DNA from: Neoconidiobolus thromboides FSU 785 | Taxonomy: Eukaryota > Fungi > Entomophthoromycota | Length of the DNA: 64,000 bases | Direction: 5' to 3' | Assembly: GCA_025603075.1 (NCBI GenBank) | Contig: MU626272.1 | Coordinates: 62,001 to 126,000 of the forward strand | The notes under the pieces: model-generated | Told to the model about the DNA's origin: nothing | Database searches by the model: none | What the model saw: only the letters and a program-made list of their open reading frames with translations | Part shown: positions 13,186-22,906 of the stretch, one piece after another | How positions within the stretch are numbered: the first letter of the stretch is position 1 | Layout: the number at the start of each line of letters is the position of its first letter | Translations under genes and position numbers: made by a program

Positions 13186-15037
13186 ATGTTTGCATTAAAA
13201 TACATCACTTCTTTAGCTCTACTTTATTTAATGAACTTGCCACACTATGCCACTAAAGAAGTTGTATATAATTTAACTATAACGCTAGGTGTAGCGAATC
13301 CAAACTGTTTTGGTAGTCCACAGGTATTAGTTAATGGTATATCGCCTGGTCCTGTAATAAGAGCAAAGGAGAATGATTTATTAATTATTAATATCATAAA
13401 TAATTTACCAAAAGATGAGTTCACAATGCATTATCATGGCTTACATCAAAAAGGTACTCCATTTTATGATGGTGTGCCATTTATGACTCAACTACCAATT
13501 CCTCCAAAACAGTCTTATCAACATCGTATCAATTTAGTAGGGCAACATGGTTCATATTTATATCATTCGCATACAAAGACACATGCATTGACAGCATTAG
13601 GGGCCCTAATAATTGACCCAAAAGATGAAGAGCCATTCAAATATGATGAAGAATTAATACTGGTGTTAAGCGATAATTTATCTGCATCCCAAGGTCCTTC
13701 ACCACCAAGTGAGGGAAAGGCTAAACTAAATAAATTAAAAAATAGTACAGTGATCAACAGTAATAGTAGTATAAAAAGAAATAGTTCGAACCATACCATA
13801 ATAAGTAGAAAAAACATACATATGAATCACAATGATGACAACCATACATTATTTATTAATGGATTCCCAAGTACCAATCTATATCGGTTGAATAAAGATA
13901 TGGATAGAGAATGTAAACCGACAGTGTTTTCAGTTGATCCAAATAAAGTATATAGGCTGAGGTTAATTAGTGCAACGACAAAAGAATATATCTCGTTTGC
14001 GATAGCAGGACATGTTTTAGAAGTAGTTGAAGTAGAAGGATTTTATGTTAAGCCAGTTAAATTAGACAAAATACCTATACATTCGGGGCAAAGATATTCA
14101 ATTTTAATTAAAACAAATCATTCTAGAAAAACCGAATTTAACATCCATGCTCACTCTTTGAAATCAAATATTAATGATAATCCTTTAATTGCATTTGCTA
14201 AATTAAGCTACCTAAGTGATAATATTAATACCAGTAACTCCAACAATACAACTATAAGATTAGGGGAAATACAGCCTTATTTAAGAGACTTTGGTATTTT
14301 ATTTTCTGATACAATACATATGTTCTAATATTTTTTTAGATAAAAAGATAATAACTTTAGACAGTGATTATAATACACCATTTGATCTTGATTGGCCCAT
14401 GGATTTCCGTATGTACGGTAATAATTTAAAAGCAGCTTCAAATCTATTTGTTCCATTAAATCCAGTACCATTAAAAGAAGCAACCAAGAAATTTTATTTT
14501 AGGGTTACTCATGAGGAAAAAGAAGAAGAAGAGGCTCCAAGATGGTATGTTAACGGAACCACGCTAAAAATGCCCAACTTCAATTTACTTAAAGAAGCTT
14601 ATAAAAATAATACCCACACTTATGATAATACAAATTACCAACTAGTCCATTTAGAAAAAGATGAGGTGATTGAAGTTACAATTCAAAATACAGTGGATTT
14701 AGCAGGTTTGTGTGATAATCACCCATGGCATTTACATGGTCATTCATTTTGGGATTTAGGTTCTGGACCAGGTACCTATAACCCGAATGATGATAAATCG
14801 TTGAACAAAATACCAATTTTAAGAGATACCTTTACTTTTTCATTAAACTTACCACAGGGTAACTTGACGCCGAAAGAAGACTGTGGTTGGCATACGATTC
14901 GATTTGTTACTGACAATCCAGGACTATGGATCTTCCATTGTCATATATTAAAACATATGGACTATGGAATGATTATATACTTTATGGAAGGTTATAAGGA
15001 TTTGCCACCATATCCGTCTGATATTACCCTTATCTAA
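13186..15037 (+). CDS. Secreted multicopper oxidase (laccase/ascorbate-oxidase-like), 1 intron
   Basis: Cu motifs HYHG, YHSH, HPWHLHGH, HCHILKHMDYGM (axial Met); 46-nt intron 14294-14339 restores the frame; signal peptide from ATG 13186. Confidence 0.93.
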
Positions 15038-15333
15038 AAATAAATTATATACTATTTTAACTTTATTATAGTATTTTCAATTTTTTATGATATACCAATA
15101 ATTACTAAAATAAAAAATAAAAACATTACATTGATATAAATTTTATATACCATAAGTATGCTTTAATTACAATTATTAATATTTAAAATAAAGAACATAA
15201 ATAATATAGGATAATAATCAGAATAATTAATGGTTTATTACAGAGAATTTTTTATCAACAAAAAATCGCTCTTTATTAGCCTTTTACTCTGATACGTATT
15301 TTGAGAATACACTAAACTGATACAAATAGAATG

Positions 15334-15443
15334 ATATAAGGATGTTTTTTTGGCTTCATTACTTTTTCTATCTTTTAAGTACTATTTACTTGAGTGGAAA
15401 AATTGCTAGTAAAATTCTCAGACAAAAAAATACATCACCATAT
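15334..15443 (-). mobile_element. MITE-like family copy just upstream of cmk
   Basis: ATATAAGGATGTTTTTTTGGCTTC...AAAAATACATCACCATAT. Confidence 0.8.
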
Positions 15444-15485
15444 ACAAAAAGAACAATTTCATTTTTATTGCTTTTTCTTTAAAAT

Positions 15486-16403
15486 ATGTTAATTCAAAAA
15501 ATAGCACTCAAATATAATTTAGCTCCGATAAAATTGTATACTACAATGAGAAAGAGATTTCAATTGGCAATTGATGGTCCAGCAGCATCTGGGAAAAGTG
15601 AGTTATGGCTTACACTAAAATTAACTAGCACTAAATCAAGCTTAAAAAAGGTACTACCGCAAAACTGGTTGCAAAAGAGTTAGGTTTTGATTATTTAGAT
15701 ACTGGTATATCTATACCTTTATTTTTTACTACCTACTAATATAATTTTATTTTAGGAGCGTTATATAGAGCAGTAATAACTTTAAATAACAAAGCAGATC
15801 TTAAACTAATAATTAAAGGTAACATTAAAAGCGATCCAAAACCAAATATTTGAAGATGAAGACAAAATGCGGCAAAACAATAGAATCATTAATTTATTGA
15901 ATGATTTAAATATCAATATGAAAATGCAAGAAGGTATGAATAGAATATACTTAAACGGGAAAGAGATAACGGAAGAAATAAGAGACATAAAAGTGACAGA
16001 AAAAGTGTCACAAATTGCCAGCATTTCTGAAGTTAGAAAAAAACTATATAACTATCAAATTTCAAGAGCGAATGATGAAAATGAATTAAACGGTATTGTA
16101 ATGGAAGGAAGAGATATTGGTAGTGTAGTTTTACCAAATGCTGATGTTAAAATTTTCTTATTAGCAGATGTGAATTCAAGAGCTAGAAGAAGATATGATG
16201 AACTGAAAAAGAACAATAAATTAAATACTACCTTTGAAGCTATCTTTAAAAGTATAGAAGAAAGAGATCATGCTGACTACACTAGAAAATTATCACCCTT
16301 ATTAAAGGCAAGAGATGCCATATCAATCGATACTTCTAATTTAAGTATCAGGGAACAAGTGGATAAGATTGTTACAATAGTTAGCGAAAAATTGAATAAA
16401 TAA
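15486..16403 (+). CDS. cmk: Bacterial-type (d)CMP kinase (cytidylate kinase) with 3 spliceosomal introns
   Basis: [81 protein letters not shown]; 17-nt exon at 15756-15772. Confidence 0.93.
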
Positions 16404-16449
16404 ACGTAATAGAATATGCAATATTAGTTATTATAAATTTTTGAAATTT

Positions 16450-17222
16450 TTATTCTAAGTTATTACTGTTACTATTATACAAACTTATTTGCTCCTCTTT
16501 ACTAAGATTGTATCTTCCCCTCCAAGTTTCCCAATCAACTATTCCATTACTTATATTATGTATTAACTCATCAAAATTCGTTTCATTAATAAAACCGTAC
16601 CAATCGCCCTTAGGATAGTGAATTACATTTCCGGCATATCTAAAAGCTAATAAGTATAGGCAGACAGAAATTGGAATCTTACTTACTTGTGACCACCAAT
16701 ATGAGAAACTTTAAAAGTACAAAATTCTGATTTATTCAACTGGACCCCTTTTTTGTAAACTTTAGTTCCAATAGTACCGCATCGACAATCTACTTCATTA
16801 TGGGTACAAACTAATAATTGATTTTTTGAACTTAACGTTTGATATTCCAAATCTTTAAAAACTCTTTGAAACTCTTTAATAGTATTAATGTTGTTAAAAA
16901 CTAATTTATCCACGAACTCCTTTAGTTTTAAGTCCTTTAATAAAACTTTAACTCCTAATGGAAACACTATTATACTATCTTCTTCTTCACTTTGGCTATA
17001 GATACTACTTATTTTTATCCTTTCTTTTTGTTGACTATTATATCCTTGCATCATAACACTAAATAGATCCATATGAAAATTACTGGTTTTTTGAATTGCT
17101 TTTGGCCAACTTTCATGTCTTGTTGATATTCCTAAATGATAACCATACTTTTTAACCGTTCCATATAGTACTTCTTTTTTACTGGAATAAGGTCGAATTG
17201 TTTGTAGAATTATTCTTTTCAT
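16450..17222 (-). CDS. Sucrase/ferredoxin-like (Aim32/Apd1 family) thioredoxin-like 2Fe-2S protein, 1 intron
   Basis: LLVCTHNEVDCRCG and SHIGGHK-YAGNVI motifs, DWYG, WRGR; basic N-terminus resembles a mitochondrial presequence. Confidence 0.88.
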
Positions 17223-17239
17223 AATTGACTAAAAAATAA

Positions 17240-17345
17240 ATAAGGGGATGTATTTTTTTGTTTAAGAATTTTACTAATAGTCTTTCCGCTCAAATAACGC
17301 TCAAAAAATGGAAAATGTGATGAAATTAAAAAAACATCCTCAAAA
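17240..17345 (+). mobile_element. MITE-like family copy (left member of an inverted pair)
   Basis: GGGGATGTATTTTTTTG...AAAAAAACATCCTC. Confidence 0.85.
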
Positions 17346-17445
17346 TTTCAAGAATCACTTGTTTTAATTTGTTGTTAACTTTTTAAAACGCTACCAATCG
17401 AGTTCTTGTATAAAACCTATAGTTGACTATAGTAAAAATCAAAAT

Positions 17446-17552
17446 ATGTGGGGGATGTTTTTTTAATTTCATCACATTTTCCATTTTTTAAGCGTTATTT
17501 GAGCGGAAAGACTATTAGTAAAATTCTTAAATAAAAAAACACATCTCCATGT
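17446..17552 (-). mobile_element. MITE-like family copy (right member of an inverted pair)
   Basis: ATGT flanks on both sides; core nearly identical to the reverse complement of 17240-17345. Confidence 0.85.
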
Positions 17553-17783
17553 TTATTTTTCATTAGCTTTGGGATAAAAATTTATTTTCAATATTAATAT
17601 TAATTAAACAACCGTAAAATAAGACATTTACTTAGATTTTAAAAATCAGTTTTCAAATTACCAAAATACTATTTAAAACCAATAGAAGAATATCTTAAAA
17701 CCCCTCGACTACCCATTCAAGAAAGCCATTACACTCGATGACAAACTTATTTGAATCTTTTGTTCTTCTTAGCGGCTCTAATA

Positions 17784-17878
17784 ATATCATTCCATATTGT
17801 GTTTTTTAATCACTACAACAGTTACAAAAATCAAAAAAAGCAGAATTCTTGATTAAAAAACACAATATGAAATGATAT
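17784..17878. repeat. Hairpin with 28-bp inverted arms (1 mismatch) and a 39-nt loop
   Basis: ATATCATTCCATATTGTGTTTTTTAATC / GATTAAAAAACACAATATGAAATGATAT. Confidence 0.8.
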
Positions 17879-18316
17879 CAAACTAGCCAAAAAAAGCAGC
17901 CTCCTTGATTTATAACCAAATTCGCAATCTTTTATTAAGTTGCAATTTTACTTCGATTTATTGATCCAGCAATTTTGCCTTTATCCTTCATTTCAACAAA
18001 GCTTTGAAATCTCTAAGCCCAAAATGTTACAATAAAGGAACAAAAAACAAAAAAAGCAGGGGCTGAAATTTTTGTTGGTATCAAAGAATAATTCCTAAAT
18101 TAAGTAAATTCTAGCCCAAATTTGTGTCAAATAAATGAATTGTAGGTTAAGTTTATTCTTGATTTTAGTTTTAATATTGATTAAGTTGAGGGGGAAGGTG
18201 GATAACAATAAAGAATATATATAAAGGGGATTTAGAATGTGAACTTAAAATATTTGTTTTTGGGTATATTTTAGCTAATTTAACAGTGAATTTTTTATAA
18301 TAATTTAATATTCAAA

Positions 18317-19045
18317 ATGAAAAAGACGGATATCAATAGTTTAATAATAAATATAATGGATAGCTCTATTTTTACTATCAGTATTATATGTAGCTTAGTA
18401 TTTAATTTTTGTTTGAGTTCAATCGATTATTTATTAGGTATGTTACTTATATACCATTATTATATATTTATTTACTCTTTTTATAGCTGTTTTAATAATT
18501 GATAAACAACTCCCTTTTACACAACAGTATTTTGAAGCGAACAAAATGGTAGGTATTATGTGTATAGTATTATGTGGCATTAATACTGTAGAAACAACAC
18601 TTCGGTTAATTGTTAGCAGAAATGAAGGGTTAAAATTTAAGATAATAGTGATCATGGACTTATTAATAACTTGCTTTTTGTTTTTTGCCCAACTTTCTTT
18701 GAGTTGCTTAGATAGATTTGAGTATATACCTTTTATCTCTTCTTTTTTAATTTTTAGACTGATATTTGTCTATTTAAGAGTTAGTATTAATAATAATCAA
18801 GAGGTAAACTTAACTGTATTATTGTTAGTTTGTATTTAAGCTTAAATTTTCATTGTTAGTTTCAAGAAATAGAAGATGATACGGCAAGTCTTAATTATTG
18901 TATGGAACAGCTAAAGAATAAAGAAGAAGAAATAGAAGGGCTAAACAAATTGATAGCGGATTTTCAGTCAAAATTAAACTCAAAAAGCACTATCTATCAA
19001 ACTACTGCTACCATATTAACGGCTCATTCTAGTGAAACTTATTAA
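18317..19045 (+). CDS. Small divergent Hv1-like voltage-sensor-domain protein with C-terminal coiled coil, 2 introns
   Basis: Spliced ORF of about 207 aa: S1 IFTISIICSLVFNFCL, S2 NTVETTLRL, S3 IMDLLITCF, S4 LIFRLIFVYLRV, then MEQLKNKEEEIEGLNKLIADFQSKL coiled coil. Confidence 0.6.
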
Positions 19046-19200
19046 GTTTCTTGTAATAAAATTAATTTATTTTTCGATATAATTATTTGTAAATTATGAA
19101 ATGGATTTTCTAAATTTAACAACTGAGAAATCTCTTAATCAATTTTAAAAATCTAAACTCCCAAAAATTCATACAAAAAACATTTCTAATTTTTTTTAAA

Positions 19201-19934
19201 ATGGATAGAGATTACAATATCGAGATATCAGATAATGAGCCAGAGGAATACGAAGTAGAAACCATACTAAGCCATTCATATCATGGTGTAATAATATGAA
19301 TAGCTAATTTCTTTAAAAGGGTATACTAATGATTTAACTAATAGCACAAATTCTTTTATACCATCAAATGGAAGAACTATGATCATGAAGATAACACAAT
19401 TGAACCTGGAGAAAACTTGTAACTATAATAAATCACTTGAAAAAACTCAAGGCTAACTTTTATAAAAAAATGACAGAGAAAACGCAGATGAAGCTTTGAT
19501 TGCTTACTGGACAAAAATAGAGGAAAATAAAGGCAATAAAAATCTAACCAAAGAAGAAGAAAATATGATAGAAAAGTATGTTCCGCCAGGTTTAATACGA
19601 CAAGAGTTACCAATAACTTTAAATTACCCACCAAACAGTATGGGAGATTGGAATGACAACATTAAAAGTATAGCTAACATTTATCCAATTGAAGATAAAG
19701 TTTATGTTTTTATTGAATGGTAAAACTAAATTTAAGACAAAACCATAACTTTTTATCTAACTCTTGTTTCATTAGGAAAACCAAACATTTTACTTTACAC
19801 GATATAGAAGATGTCAAGCATAAGATACCTCAAAAAGTTAGTTTTATTTGGTTTATTAATCATTTAATTTAATTTTTTTATAGCTCATTAAATATTTCGA
19901 AAAGCACATAGTTATTATGTCAGATAGAAACTAA
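19201..19934 (+). CDS. HP1/Swi6-like chromodomain plus chromoshadow protein (paralog b), 4 introns
   Basis: EEYEVETIL..YTIKWKNY..DNTIEPGENL; WNDNIKSI..FIEW-KTK..VKHKIPQK-LIKYFEKH; intron positions equivalent to those of 2552-3310. Confidence 0.8.
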
Positions 19935-20061
19935 TCTTATTTATTAATGTCAAATAAACTTTAATCCTAAAACTAATATTAAATTATCATAATTTAATCA
20001 TACTCTTTTTAAATTTATTCTATTTTTAGCAGCATCTTTTATCTCCCTTTCAACTTGTTAT

Positions 20062-20662
20062 CTAATAACCTAACTTCTTAAGTACACCAAGTCTAGCCTT
20101 ACGTGGTTGATCACGTAAGTAATACAACTTAGCTCTACGGAATCCTTGAGAACTACGAAGTACCTTGATGCTTTTAACCATTGGCGAAAACACCCTAAAT
20201 TTTTGCTCAACGCCAACTTTGAGTACCATATTTCTTAATGTAACGCTAGTGGTTGGCCCAGAACGATGGATAGCAATGCAGATACCTGCAAAACTTGTTG
20301 TAACCTGCTTCTTTGCATTACGATAGAACTCAACTACCATCATATCCCCAGCTACTGCCCTTTCTGGTCCATCTTTCTTGAATAGAGTTGCACGATCGTC
20401 AGTGGTTCCATAGCGTGTCACTATGTCTTCGCGTACAATCTTCATAACATCTTTTACATTGCGTTGGCCGATTGGTATTTGTTCAGGTACAATTACATTT
20501 TGTGGTGGAGTGTAAGTGGATAAAACTGGACAAAATTAATATTAATGGATTGGATTAAAATGTCTTAATAGTATTACCTGATGGAGTAGAAGATAACACT
20601 CTCTTTGAAATGTTAGTTATTGATGGCTTTAAACTGGAGACTAAATTAGTTAATTTAAACAT
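20062..20662 (-). CDS. MRPL19: Mitochondrial ribosomal protein bL19 (Img1/MRPL19), 1 intron
   Basis: FAGICIAI..SG..TSVTLRN....GVEQKFRVFSP..FRRAKLYYLRD. Confidence 0.92.
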
Positions 20663-20907
20663 TTTATTTTTTTATTGAAATATTCAAAACTTGAAAATTA
20701 AACTTTGAGTAAAATTTGAAAATTGAATTAGAATTGGGCATTTAATTATGGTAACTCAAATGGACAGATTTAAGTTTACTTTTAATATCTATATTACAGT
20801 CTTAAAAGCTCAAAAAATAACTTACTACAGCCAATGAAGTTTGGTACTTTTTAAACTATAAAATTCAGAACAAAGTCAAAAAAAATGACAAAACAAAAAA
20901 GTCAAAA

Positions 20908-22694
20908 ATGGATCTCAGCAACTATTATCCTCAACAACGAGGTCAAGTGAAATTAAGCAATAGTTATTCCTATCTATGTTATGCTAATGGAGACAAAATC
21001 ATTATCCGAAACCCACTGGAAATGGAACTTATTCGACAGATTGAATGTGGAGGAGAGATAGAAAGTTTGGACTTATCCATTGACAATGAACTTGTATTAG
21101 CAGTTATAAAAGACAGTAATAGGATAGAGATCTATAATATTGAGAACGAAGGATGGAGAGCCATAATCGAGGATCAGTGTTTGGGTGTTAAGACAGCCTT
21201 GTTTTCGGTAAACCCCAGATATTGTTTCGTGTATTCAGAGGTTAGAGTAAGCTCATTTATTTTTAGACTTAAGGCTTCTTGAACTGTATTTATTAGTTAA
21301 GGATATCAATCTGGTCTCTCTGTGACAAAAAAGTGAAATATATAAATTGCCCAAAGTTTTACAATAAAGGTAAGTATAGAAATAATAAGTAAAGTAAAGT
21401 AATAAAATTTCATAGGTATAAGCTATAGGAATGATGACTTATATATGGCTCTATTAGAACGTAAAGATGGTAAGGATTATTTGGGAATATATAATACAGT
21501 AACTTGGAGTTTAAGAAAAGTAATAAGAGATATTATTAGTCTTTGTATTCATTTAGTAATGCATTATTCATCAGCACTTTCAACTTGAAACCATAGATGC
21601 AGCAAATATTTCATGGTCACAAGACGGTCAATTTATAGCCGTATGGGATAGCATCGTTACTGTAAGTTAAAAATTTTAAGCAAAAAATCAATACTTATTA
21701 AATGCTCTTTAGTATAAATTGTTTATTTATTCACCTGCTGGCTTTTTAATAACAAAATACTCCGCTTATAGTCATGGTTTAGGATTGAAAACAGTAGATT
21801 GGTCACCCTCTGGGCAGTTTATCATGTTAGCTAGTTATGATGAGAAAGTAGGTTATTTGTGTAGTGTTATCAATTAACGATACTAAAGAACACTTTATTA
21901 TTTAATTAGATCCGTTTGCTAAACACTTACACCTGGCAACCAACTTTTGAACTTGAACATAGCAAGAAATTAAGTTCAAAAACAGAAATTTATAAAGAAA
22001 ATCAAACTAGTACTTGGAAGAAACCGGTGCTAAATCCTACCATCGATATAAAGAAGAGTCAACCTAATAAGGATTTATATTGTATATTTATTATTGTTAT
22101 CATCCATGTTTATTAACTTACTATCGTTAGATTCAAAAGAAACAGCACCATATGCTGTACCATATATAAAACCTGACTCAGATGCGATAAATTTAAAAAT
22201 GGGCGTTGGTATCTGTGTTTTTAATCCGACTGGAAGGTATTTTGTGAGCAGAAATGGTAATCGCATAGAAACTGTAATAAGTAATAAAAATTAAAAACTA
22301 ACTTAGACGCCATGCCTACAAGCTTATTTATATGGAAAACAGGGACCCCAGTACCTATATTTTATAGTGAACAGGTCAAAGAAATTAAAATGGTTCAATG
22401 GAATCCAATTGATACCGAATTACTAGCATTCATTTCTGAGGGTAATCATTTGTATTTATGGTCCCCTAAACTAGGATTTCAATGCTATACGTTGAACAAG
22501 AGTAAGTTTTTTAATTTTATTTTCCATGTTTGGGTTTGATGTTTTTTCTGTGTTTAGTTGTGCAAATTACTTCCATTACTTGGTCTGAGAATGGGTTCTG
22601 TTTAATTGTTACTTCACTCGATAAATTTTGTTTAGCCTTTCCTATTATTCCTGCAGATGAAGATGATAAGGAGAATAATAAAAATGTTAAGTAA
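20908..22694 (+). CDS. WRAP73: WD40 protein WRAP73/WDR8-like, many introns
   Basis: WD40 blades, GLGLKTVDWSPSGQFIMLASYDEK-IRLLNTYTWQP, FNPTGRYFVSRN, MPTSLFIW; last-exon boundary approximate. Confidence 0.75.
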
Positions 22695-22906
22695 TTAAAA
22701 ATAGGAAAAGATAAAAAATTGTAGTTTATTTCAATAGTCAATATAATAAAGTAAGACTAAATAAGAAAGTAACAGATAAAAAAAATTCATTTAATATAAA
22801 AGAGTTCCAAAATATTTAAAAATAATTTTGAAAAAATTAAAAAGCCTGAGTAAATTTGTCTTTTTACTCCTTCTAAAATAATATTCGTATGTTATTCCCA
22901 CCTAAC

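Noticed and set aside
14281-14345. Programmed frameshift between overlapping multicopper oxidase ORFs
   Set aside because: A canonical 46-nt GT-AG intron explains the frame change
15781-15870. Apparent frameshift or stop in cmk
   Set aside because: Resolved by a 46-nt intron (15773-15818, CTAAT branch site) that restores the [11 protein letters not shown] motif
2552-19934. Chromodomains as remnants of chromovirus integrases
   Set aside because: Both genes have four spliceosomal introns at equivalent positions and a chromoshadow-like C-terminus; no RT or integrase sequence is adjacent
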